Below are positions 19,033-26,783 of a stretch of 32,000 bases of DNA, piece by piece. The notes beneath the pieces are model-generated. The model made no database searches. It was not told the DNA's origin and was given only the letters and a program-made list of their open reading frames with translations. The stretch's first letter is position 1. Each line of letters starts with the position of its first letter. The stretch is from Methanopyrus kandleri AV19 (GTDB lineage Archaea; JAADCQ01; Methanopyri; Methanopyrales; Methanopyraceae), in assembly GCF_000007185.1 (NCBI RefSeq), contig NC_003551.1, forward strand, positions 30,001 through 62,000, in the 5' to 3' direction. Position numbers and translations under genes: made by a program.

Positions 19033-19949
19033 TCCGCGCGATCGCCACTGTGGACGAGAACGCTTCCTACATCGCGTTCGTGGAGACGCCGTCTGCCAAC
19101 GAGAAGCTGCTAGACGTAATGTCTCGCGAGAAATGGCGGGAACTCGGTATGTTCGTGCTGGATCATCACGGGCAGTTGTCCGAGGAACCGTCGGCTGTGG
19201 CTCAGGCTTACGAGATCGTGAAAGAGCATACCGAGTTTCCGCTGGTGCGAAAGGTCGTCATCGAGCCGCCGGTGGATGCGGATATGGTGGCCGCGGTGCT
19301 GCTGCTGAAGCAGGGGCCGGTACTCCCAGAGGAGGACGTCGAAGTGCTCGACAAGATCGACCGGTTCGGGAAACACTATCCGTCGGATGAGGAGCTCGAG
19401 AGTGCTGAGTACGCGCTGGCGATCATGCAAGCCGTGGCCGAGGTAGTGAAGAAGCCGTACCCGGACAACCCGGAAGAGCTGAAGGAGACGTTCAAGAAAG
19501 CCCTGAGGACCGTAGAACGCGTTGTGGACGATGAGAAGTATCGGGAGAAGCTAGCATCGAAGTGGCTGGAGGAGTTCCGGAAGTCCGTACGGGAGGCCGA
19601 GGAGAGTACGGAAGTGATCGAGGAGGGAGAGGTAGAGGTGGGAAACGACAGGATAAGGTGGTGCGCGGCTATCTCGGAGGCGCAGAACGCCTTCACGTAT
19701 CTGTACCGTGAAGGGTACGATCTAGTGGTCCTCTACTCTCCCGTGATGAAGCGGGTGACCGTGGGGCTCGCCGATCCCGAATTACCCATCGACCTGCGGG
19801 AGTTGTTCGAGTACCTGAACGAGCATCACCGCGAGGGTTGGGGTGGTCGGAAGAACATCGGAGGCTCACCGAAGAACTACGAGATCGACGAGGAGGAGTT
19901 CAAGGACATCGTCTCCTTCATCCACGAGTGGCTTCTAAGGTTTTCATGA
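19029..19949 (+). CDS. Divergent DHH-like phosphoesterase-type protein
   Basis: VLDHHG motif and C-terminal GWGGRKNIGGSPKN resembling a DHHA1 glycine motif; GTG start overlaps the rgyB TGA (GTGA). Confidence 0.6.
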   Translation: MIRAIATVDENASYIAFVETPSANEKLLDVMSREKWRELGMFVLDHHGQLSEEPSAVAQAYEIVKEHTEFPLVRKVVIEPPVDADMVAAVLLLKQGPVLPEEDVEVLDKIDRFGKHYPSDEELESAEYALAIMQAVAEVVKKPYPDNPEELKETFKKALRTVERVVDDEKYREKLASKWLEEFRKSVREAEESTEVIEEGEVEVGNDRIRWCAAISEAQNAFTYLYREGYDLVVLYSPVMKRVTVGLADPELPIDLRELFEYLNEHHREGWGGRKNIGGSPKNYEIDEEEFKDIVSFIHEWLLRFS

Positions 19950-20835
19950 ACGACCTGTAAAGACGGTCTAAGAACTCCACGGAGTCCGCGCCAACCTCGA
20001 GCCTCAACCACTCCAGACCATGCGCCACCTTGCCGCGTAAAGTGGTCCCGTACGGTTTGGAGTACGGGCAATCGGACTCGAAAATCGGGAGACCTACTTC
20101 TCCCGGTATCAGCCTCGTCCAGACCTCCGGAACGCGGATCATCGGACGCACTATGGTGGTTTCCGGGAAGTCGTAGTCCACATACTCGGATCTCATTCCA
20201 CCCAGCTCCTCAACGGGTCGCAGGATGTTCAGCCCTTCACCTTTGATCGCTGAAGCCATGGCGGTGACGATAGCGTCGTCCAAGGTATGGGCCAACACCA
20301 GCTTATCTCCACGTTCCCGAAGCTCTCGACGGCGAATCAAGGAGCAAATCAGGCAGGGAGACTCACCGTGTTCTTCGGCGAGCTCGCCGACGTCTTCCCT
20401 CGGTTCCACGTACTCCAGTTGGAAACCGAGAGACCTGCATATTTCCTCGCAGACTTCCCGACCCTCACGGCCCCAGATGGGATCTCCATGGAGCCTAGTT
20501 TCTACAAGGACCGGTCGAATACGAAGCCCCAGCCGTCGGGTTAACGGCTCAAGCATGAGGAGGCATGTAACGCTGTCTTTACCGCCACTGAAGCCGACGA
20601 CGACCTCCTCCCGAGGTTCGAATAGGTCGTAATCGGTCACGACTTGGTGAAATCTCGAGGAAGCTCGCTCGACGACCTTAGAGCGGACGACCTTTATACC
20701 CTCTCTCCTCAGCTCCTCCCGCCGCGAGACCGTGAGACCGGCCCTCCTCGGGTTCAGCGCGACCACAGTATCATCCAAAATCGCGACGTAGCGGGGATCC
20801 ACGCCAACGTCTCGGAGTATCTCCTCGACGTCCAA
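19918..20835 (-). CDS. PP-loop ATPase of the TtcA/TilS/TtuA-like class
   Basis: VVVGFSGGKDSVTCLLML, CLICSLIRRREL, LAHTLDD. Confidence 0.85.
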   Translation of the reverse strand: MDVEEILRDVGVDPRYVAILDDTVVALNPRRAGLTVSRREELRREGIKVVRSKVVERASSRFHQVVTDYDLFEPREEVVVGFSGGKDSVTCLLMLEPLTRRLGLRIRPVLVETRLHGDPIWGREGREVCEEICRSLGFQLEYVEPREDVGELAEEHGESPCLICSLIRRRELRERGDKLVLAHTLDDAIVTAMASAIKGEGLNILRPVEELGGMRSEYVDYDFPETTIVRPMIRVPEVWTRLIPGEVGLPIFESDCPYSKPYGTTLRGKVAHGLEWLRLEVGADSVEFLDRLYRSFMKTLEATRG

Positions 20836-20861
20836 CGCTCTACCCCCGGGGGACGGGTGAG

Positions 20862-21494
20862 ATGTCCCTAACGATGCTGATGTTCTTACTCAACGTCCTG
20901 GCCTACGTGCTCAGCGTAGGACCGGATGGGATCATCCGACCTGACGTACTGTACAGCTACGGACTATACCTCCACAACATCACGGTTCATCCTGAATGTT
21001 TGATTACTTACATGTTCCTTCACGCGAATCTCATCCATTTATTGTTCAACATGCTAGGATTATTGACATTCGGAGTGCAACTAGAGCGTGTACTCTCTAC
21101 ATCAGAGTTCCTCGTACTTTATTTACTGTCCGGGTTAATGGGTGGACTGGCGCAGACTGCGCTAACGCCGGATGTTCCTGTAGTGGGTGCATCCGCGGCC
21201 ATCTTCGGATTACTCGGGTGCCTCACGATGCTAAGACCGATGAGTATGATGATGTTCCTGTTCATCCCGATGCCTTTGGCGTTATTCGCCGTCCTTTACG
21301 CGGCACTAGCTCTATTCGTGATCCAATCGGGGGTCGTCACGCAAGTGGCGCACGCAGGCCATCTCGTAGGGATGATAGTCGGAGGGGTGCTGGCACTACT
21401 CTACAGGCCGAGTGAAGCCTTGAAGGGGCTACTGGCGGTAGCAGCGATCACCGCACTGCTATTGGCGGGCTACTGGTTCCTGACCCACCCCTGA
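20862..21494 (+). CDS. Rhomboid-family intramembrane protease
   Basis: HANLIHLLFNMLGLLTFG, catalytic GASAAIFG, HAGHLVGMIVGG, multiple TM segments. Confidence 0.92.
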   Translation: MSLTMLMFLLNVLAYVLSVGPDGIIRPDVLYSYGLYLHNITVHPECLITYMFLHANLIHLLFNMLGLLTFGVQLERVLSTSEFLVLYLLSGLMGGLAQTALTPDVPVVGASAAIFGLLGCLTMLRPMSMMMFLFIPMPLALFAVLYAALALFVIQSGVVTQVAHAGHLVGMIVGGVLALLYRPSEALKGLLAVAAITALLLAGYWFLTHP

Positions 21495-21507
21495 TAGGGG
21501 CGAAATG

Positions 21508-21514
21508 TTTATTA
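21508..21514 (+). promoter_or_regulatory. TATA box of tRNA-Ala
   Basis: TTTATTAT about 35 nt upstream of tRNA 5' end. Confidence 0.5.
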
Positions 21515-21545
21515 TCACCTTGATGTTCGGGTGCCTATGGACGAA

Positions 21546-21619
21546 GGGCCCGCAGCTCAGCCTGGCAGAGCGCGGCCTTGGCGCGGCCGTGGCCCCGGGT
21601 TCAAATCCCGGCGGGTCCA
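21546..21619 (+). tRNA. tRNA-Ala(GGC), CCA encoded (to 21622), C8
   Basis: GGGCCCG/CGGGTCC acceptor with G3:U70; CGGCC-TTGGCGC-GGCCG anticodon arm; position 8 = C (21553). Confidence 0.97.
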
Positions 21620-21630
21620 CCACCACTAAT

Positions 21631-21649
21631 TGTTACGAGAAACGTTACA
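21631..21649 (+). repeat. tRNA trailer hairpin, Ala copy
   Basis: TGTTAC-GAGAAAC-GTTACA (one internal T/T mismatch), 8 nt after CCA. Confidence 0.6.
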
Positions 21650-21695
21650 ATTACCACATCGGACGGCCCCGCCCCCGGAGCACCGGCCCGAAAGA

Positions 21696-21703
21696 TTAAT
21701 AAG
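21696..21703 (+). promoter_or_regulatory. TATA box of tRNA-Ile
   Basis: ATTAATAAG about 35 nt upstream of tRNA 5' end. Confidence 0.5.
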
Positions 21704-21734
21704 TTCGTAAGGGGAGGGCCAGCAGCTGGGAGGA

Positions 21735-21809
21735 GGGCCCGCAGCTCAGCCAGGTTAGAGCGCGGGGCTGATAACCCCGAGGTCCCGGGTTCAAATCCCG
21801 GCGGGCCCA
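21735..21809 (+). tRNA. tRNA-Ile(GAT), CCA encoded (to 21812), C8
   Basis: GGGCCCG/CGGGCCC acceptor, CGGGG-CTGATAA-CCCCG anticodon arm, standard T arm; position 8 = C (21742). Confidence 0.97.
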
Positions 21810-21819
21810 CCACCACTAA

Positions 21820-21840
21820 TTGTTACGAGAACCATAACAA
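21820..21840 (+). repeat. tRNA trailer hairpin, Ile copy
   Basis: TTGTTA-CGAGAACCA-TAACAA, after CCA. Confidence 0.75.
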
Positions 21841-21904
21841 TAGATCCGACGGGCGAGTCACCTGGCGTCCACCCCGGACCGCTGGGTATCAGTGACCGAA
21901 GACG

Positions 21905-21927
21905 CAGGTGCTCACCTGATATTAAAA
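21905..21927 (+). promoter_or_regulatory. amt promoter: CAGGTG-CT-CACCTG dyad abutting TATA-like GATATTAAAA
   Basis: Perfect 6+6 inverted repeat at 21905-21918 directly followed by AT-rich box; ATG at 21991. Confidence 0.55.
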
Positions 21928-21990
21928 GGGGAGCCGAAAGGCGGCAGGAGTTTGCCGGAAAGCCTTGCCGGATAAAAGTGGGGGAAATCA

Positions 21991-23284
21991 ATGGCGGCCG
22001 AAAGCATAGCTAAGGCCGTGCACGATGTGCTAGCGACGTGGGGTGCCCAAGGACCGGGTGCGATCTTCTTCCTAGTATGGGCAGCCGTGTTAGTCGTCGG
22101 AATGCAGTTAGGTTTCATGTTCCTAGAAGCAGGCCAGGTACGGACGAAGAACGTCGTCAGCGTCCTGATGAAGAACCTGCTAGACTTGTCGCTCGGAGGT
22201 ATTGTCTTCATCTTCTTCGGATTCGCACTGGCCTTCCCGGACTACGCGCAGAGCATCGGCAAGTGGATTGCCACCATGTTCACGGCGAACCCGTGGAGCG
22301 CCGATCCGATGAAGGCCGCCGATCCCTACAACCTAGCGTACTGCTTCTTCCAGTTCGCGTTCTGCGCCACGGCGGCGACCATCGTCTCGGGAGCCGTCGC
22401 CGAGCGGATCAACTTCAAGGCGTGCCTGGTGATGACGGTGCTAATCACGGGGCTACTGTACCCGATCTTCGTGCTGTGGACGTGGGGCGGCGGCTGGATG
22501 GGCGGCGACACCGGCCTGTTCGCCAAGGTCTTCGGACAGCCGTACCACGACTTCGCCGGATCGACCGTGGTGCACGCGATCGGAGGTTTCCTGGCGATGG
22601 CCGCCGCCTACCTGCTGGGTCCGAGGATCGGGAGGTTCAAGAACGGCAAGCCTGTGCCGATCCCGGGGCACAACATCCCGCAGGCGTTCCTGGGAGCGCT
22701 TTTCCTGGCGATTACCTGGTACGGTTTCAACGTAGGTAGCTCGGCGGTGCTCTACGACCCGACGAACGAGTCGTGGATCAGCTCGTTAGTGGCCACTCGC
22801 GATGTGTGGTGGAGCCGCGGCGGCCGCCTTCACGACGAGGTTCGACCCACTCTGGGCAGCCAACGGTCTGATCGCGGGACTGGTCGCGATCTGCGCCGGA
22901 TGTGACATCATGAGTCCGTTTGGAGCCCTGCTCACGGGTATCGTGGCGGGACTGATCATCAAGCCGGCGTTCCGACTGCTGGAGAAGCTGGAGATCGACG
23001 ACGTGGTCGCCGCGTGTCCGGTACACGGATTCGCGGGCGTTTGGGGAGCGATCGCGGCCGGAATCTTCGGAGCTGAAGCTCTAGGCGGCGCCGGTGGTGT
23101 GAGCCTAGCCGCGCAGATCGTCGGTGCTCTCGTGTGCATAGCCTGGGCGCTGGGCTCAGGATTTGCGACCTTCTACGTGATCGACAAGGTGATCGGGCTG
23201 AGAGCGACGGAAGAGGAGGAGAAAGGTCTGGACGAGACCGAGTTCGGCGTCAGCGCCTACCCGTACATGGAGACCAGGGATTGA
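21991..23284 (+). CDS. amt: Ammonium transporter Amt, interrupted by a frameshift near 22798-22802
   Basis: ORF 21991-22905 carries the N-terminal two-thirds (WGGGWMGGDTG, GSTVVHAIGG, GFNVGSSAV); ORF from 22802 in another frame carries the C-terminal third (ANGLIAGLVAICAGCD, HGFAGVWGAIAAGIFG). Confidence 0.93.
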
Positions 23285-23299
23285 ACGAGCTGGGGGTGA

Positions 23300-23659
<360 letters not shown>

Positions 23660-23682
23660 TCGATTTCTTCCCCCTCCGCCGT

Positions 23683-23707
23683 AATCGTTACTGGTTCAAT
23701 AACGATT
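23683..23707. repeat. Orphan copy of the tRNA trailer-type hairpin
   Basis: AATCGTTA-CTGGTTCAA-TAACGATT (perfect 8 bp); reverse strand loop TTGAACCAG shares GAACC with tRNA copies. Confidence 0.6.
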
Positions 23708-23734
23708 GTCGCATGCGGGAGGCCGGGAGCTCAG

Positions 23735-24652
23735 CTAGGAGCTCAGAAGCGCCACTCGGCTGGGTGGTGACTCGTCGACTAGCTCGAATCCCGCGTGCTC
23801 CGCGATCTCCGCCGCGAACTTCCGTACCTCTTCGTGCGAGGGCATGTTGTCCGGCGACATCCGGAAGGCCGCCCATCCCACGCACATGAACGCCTTCACT
23901 TCGACATAGTCCGGCTCGACGTCGGCCAGCAGTTCACCGAACTCCTCGGCGGTCCCCTCCATGTTCCAGCCTTTAATCGCAGTGATGCGGATCACCGTCC
24001 GGCAGGAGAGGGAATTCAGTAACTCCAACGTCCTCATGATCCGGTCCCAGGAGTCCGGAATCGTAGGTCTATTGATCTGACGATGTAGCTCCTCGTTCGG
24101 TGAATCCAAGGACACGTACAGCTGTGTCGGCTCACGTTCCAGTTCCTCCACTCGGTCGGGTCGCAGCCCGTTGGTTACCAGGAACGTAGTGTCAAACCCA
24201 TGGGAATGAAAAGCGTCGATCAGTTCGCCGATTCTTGGGTACAGGGTGGGTTCACCTGCGAGACTGATCGCGGCGTGTCTGGGCTCGAGGGATTCTTTCC
24301 AGCGTTTACGAGCTTCACCTTCGAGGTGCCCGTACCCTTGGAGGAAGCGTCGCTGTTGCTCTACGCTCTCCTCTACGATCAGGTCGGGATCGTCCGGATC
24401 GGGTACATCGTGAGTTCCTACGGTGAGTTCGACCGGTCTCCAGCAGTACACGCAGCGCTGCTGACACCAAGCTACCGTAGGAGTCATCTGAAGGCACCGA
24501 TGACTCTCCACCCCGTAGAATTTCGCCTTGTAGCAGTGCCTACCGTTCTTAATCGCTTCCCGGCACCAGTGACACGGCTTGACCGCGGAATGCTTCCCGA
24601 CTAGACCATAACCCTGCTTACGGAGGACCTTCAATACGTCCGCGTGTAGCAA
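23735..24652 (-). CDS. taw1: Taw1/TYW1 radical SAM 4-demethylwyosine synthase
   Basis: CHWCREAIKNGRHCYKAKFYGVESHRCLQMTP..CQQRCVYCWRP, ISLAGEPTLYPRIGELI. Confidence 0.95.
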   Translation of the reverse strand: MLHADVLKVLRKQGYGLVGKHSAVKPCHWCREAIKNGRHCYKAKFYGVESHRCLQMTPTVAWCQQRCVYCWRPVELTVGTHDVPDPDDPDLIVEESVEQQRRFLQGYGHLEGEARKRWKESLEPRHAAISLAGEPTLYPRIGELIDAFHSHGFDTTFLVTNGLRPDRVEELEREPTQLYVSLDSPNEELHRQINRPTIPDSWDRIMRTLELLNSLSCRTVIRITAIKGWNMEGTAEEFGELLADVEPDYVEVKAFMCVGWAAFRMSPDNMPSHEEVRKFAAEIAEHAGFELVDESPPSRVALLSS

Positions 24653-25030
24653 CCTAGATCACCCCCGAACGGCCTTTCCCGTCCGAAAAAATTCCCGGCT
24701 TAACAGTAGTCATCATGAGGTCGGTCGCATTCACTCGGGAAGTTACCACGGCTTTCCTCAATGATAATAACGTGGTCGGATGGGTAACACGATCTTGCCA
24801 ACATCGGTGATCCGCTCGGGCGGCTGCTCGTAAGATTCGAAGTCGAGTTGAACGGGATTATTCTGTTGTTCATGTTAAGGTTAGGATAACGTCCGCTCGC
24901 TACCACGGAGGGGGTACCGGCTGTACGTATATGCGAGAATCGGCTTGATTTCATCGAGGAATTACGCGTCGTGAGGAGGCACTAAGTATGAGGTAACCGG
25001 TCATCCGATCGGCGTCGGCGCACGTAACCC

Positions 25031-25037
25031 TTATATA
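25031..25037 (+). promoter_or_regulatory. TATA box of tRNA-Trp
   Basis: TTATATA ~31-37 nt upstream of tRNA 5' end. Confidence 0.65.
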
Positions 25038-25067
25038 TTCTGTCCTATGTCGCCCACCCTCGGGAAC

Positions 25068-25218
25068 GGGCCCGCGGTGTAGCCAGGTCTATCATGCGGG
25101 GCTCCAGGGACCCGCCGATGACTTCCATGGGGTGTGCCGGACCTGGTGGGGAGACCCCTGGAGCGACGAGGCGGGTCGAAGACACCCCGTGACCCGGGTT
25201 CAAATCCCGGCGGGCCCA
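25068..25218 (+). tRNA. tRNA-Trp(CCA) with a 76-nt intron at 37/38, CCA encoded (to 25221), C8
   Basis: Exon 1 25068-25107, exon 2 25184-25218; GGGCCCG/CGGGCCC acceptor, CGGGG-CTCCAGA-CCCCG anticodon arm after splicing; position 8 = C (25075). Confidence 0.93.
25108..25183 (+). ncRNA. tRNA-Trp intron, probable degenerate box C/D guide RNA
   Basis: Terminal stem GACCCGC/GCGGGTC, C-like CCGATGA (25115-25121), D'-like CCGG (25137-25140), C'-like CTGGTGG (25143-25149), D-like ACGA (25166-25169), guides complementary to own exons. Confidence 0.75.
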
Positions 25219-25231
25219 CCAAGGCCCAAAT

Positions 25232-25250
25232 CGTTATGAAAACCATAACG
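25232..25250 (+). repeat. tRNA trailer hairpin, Trp copy
   Basis: CGTTAT-GAAAACC-ATAACG, 10 nt after CCA. Confidence 0.75.
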
Positions 25251-25283
25251 GTAGCTCCGTCGGTGGGAGCACTCACCTGCTGC

Positions 25284-25847
25284 TCACTCTCCGAGTTCCT
25301 TCTTGATCAAGTGCCCGATAACGGCGGTAACAGCCCCGATGGCCGTGGCGGTTTCGAGGGAGATCCTACGGCCGGTGATGTCGAGGTGGTACTCACACGC
25401 TTCGAGTACCTCAGCGGGCAGTCCACGCCGTCCTAGGCCGAAAACCAGGGTTACAGATCGGGGCCGGAGGATTTCTCGAACCACGTCCTCGGGTTCGATG
25501 GCCTTCCGCTCGTCGGGACGACACGTCGTCCCGACGATCGTACCGAGTTGAGGTGGGAAGCCACGCACTGGGTAGTCGTAAACCTCCAACAGGTTGCGCT
25601 CGGCCAGCACCAGCACCTCACGTCCCGAAGCGCCGATAGTGGTCTCCTCGGCGACGTACTCGGCGAGTTCGTGCGGAGTCTCCACGCCCAGATCGTCGAG
25701 TGGGAACCCGAAGAGAGCGAGCTTGAAGTCGAAGGCCACGCAGAGCGGTGCTGCCCGGGCGATCGTCCGGGCGTGTATCTCGTGGAAGCGCCGCGGGTCG
25801 TAGGAATTGTACAGGCCGATAGTCACCCTGCCAGCGCGCTTAGGCAT
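25284..25847 (-). CDS. DUF531-like protein
   Basis: RVTIGLYNSYDPRRFHEIHARTIARAAPLCVAFDFKLALFGFP; SPOUT-like VTLVFGLGRRGLPAEVL. Confidence 0.75.
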   Translation of the reverse strand: MPKRAGRVTIGLYNSYDPRRFHEIHARTIARAAPLCVAFDFKLALFGFPLDDLGVETPHELAEYVAEETTIGASGREVLVLAERNLLEVYDYPVRGFPPQLGTIVGTTCRPDERKAIEPEDVVREILRPRSVTLVFGLGRRGLPAEVLEACEYHLDITGRRISLETATAIGAVTAVIGHLIKKELGE

Positions 25848-26433
25848 CGCTGGAAGATTCCCCCTTGGTCACTCCGGTGGCGATGAAGTGGGCGACCCGG
25901 ATAGGTTCGGGAAGACGGTGGCGAGTCGCCGTGCGTTTGAGCACTACTCTAGCGACGTCAGGTTCGACTCCGGCGCACTGGAAGTAGACTGGGGGCTCGT
26001 CCCGACGTGTTTTCACGCTGTGAACCGGGCCGGCCCTGAGGACTATCTTCCGGCGTTCCTCGGTGCGGTCCAGGTTACTCAGAGCGGAGACCACGGAGGC
26101 CACGTCGGGCCGGCGCTTGATCACGGAGATCACGGGTAGGCCCGTTTCCTCGTGTAGCTTTTTAATGTCCAGAACGTTGAACCCCGCGAACGTGATTCCG
26201 TCGGTCAGGATTACGCGCAGTTGAGGCCTGTGTTTTGATCTGTTAACCATCTCCGCGATCCGATCGGTGACGTCGAGACCGTCGACGGTGACCTCCGTGC
26301 TCATCACGCCGTCGATCCACTGTCCGCCACGCATCACGACACCGACAACGAGTGCCCTATCGTCCTCGGGACCGTAGTAGCCGTCGTCGATTCCCAACAC
26401 CCTGATCTCGGGCTTCACCTCTCTGAGCTTCAA
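25840..26433 (-). CDS. DUF99 family protein (endonuclease V-like fold)
   Basis: RVLGIDDGYYG..ALVVGVVMRGG..DGV, ILTDGITFAGFNVLDI. Confidence 0.85.
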   Translation of the reverse strand: MKLREVKPEIRVLGIDDGYYGPEDDRALVVGVVMRGGQWIDGVMSTEVTVDGLDVTDRIAEMVNRSKHRPQLRVILTDGITFAGFNVLDIKKLHEETGLPVISVIKRRPDVASVVSALSNLDRTEERRKIVLRAGPVHSVKTRRDEPPVYFQCAGVEPDVARVVLKRTATRHRLPEPIRVAHFIATGVTKGESSSDA

Positions 26434-26768
26434 CTTTCCTTCTCCTCCAGCGCCCCCGAGAACTCCTCCTTCGCTTCTTCCACCAGCTCCAGCAGTTCCT
26501 CTATGGCCCGCTCGAGGGCTTCTCTGGCGTCGGCGTCCTCATCGACAGCCCGTATACGCATCTTCGGCGGTACGTACCGTTCTTCGTCGACTTTGTGTTC
26601 TTTACCGAGTATAGGGTGCTCAATCCTGTAAGTTGCGATGATTCCGTCCTGCCGGTTTAAGGCCCACCTTAAGAGATTACATAACGTGTGGTCCTCACCG
26701 GGCAGCTCGAGTAGGACCTCATCTTTATCGTATTTCTTAACGACAACTTCAACCTCGGGCAGTTTCAC
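26430..26768 (-). CDS. rpoL: RNA polymerase subunit L (Rpb11-like)
   Basis: LELPGEDHTLCNLLRWALN..D.I..ATYRIEHPILGK. Confidence 0.93.
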   Translation of the reverse strand: MKLPEVEVVVKKYDKDEVLLELPGEDHTLCNLLRWALNRQDGIIATYRIEHPILGKEHKVDEERYVPPKMRIRAVDEDADAREALERAIEELLELVEEAKEEFSGALEEKES

Positions 26769-26783
26769 GGCACCTTCACCCCG

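Noticed and set aside
22038-22739. 233-aa alternate-frame ORF in amt
   Set aside because: Arg/Gly-rich shadow frame of a well-supported transporter.
23715-23745. GGAGCTCAG direct repeat resembling a tRNA D-arm remnant
   Set aside because: Too short, with no acceptor or T arm nearby; part lies in the taw1 3' end.
24690-24718. ATGATGA on the minus strand near the taw1 promoter, considered as a C/D sRNA
   Set aside because: No D, D' or C' box at the required spacing; the AT-rich stretch fits the taw1 promoter instead.
24700-24954. Minus-strand 84-aa ORF upstream of taw1
   Set aside because: No recognisable family; overlaps the region of possible decayed plus-strand ORFs and the likely taw1 promoter.
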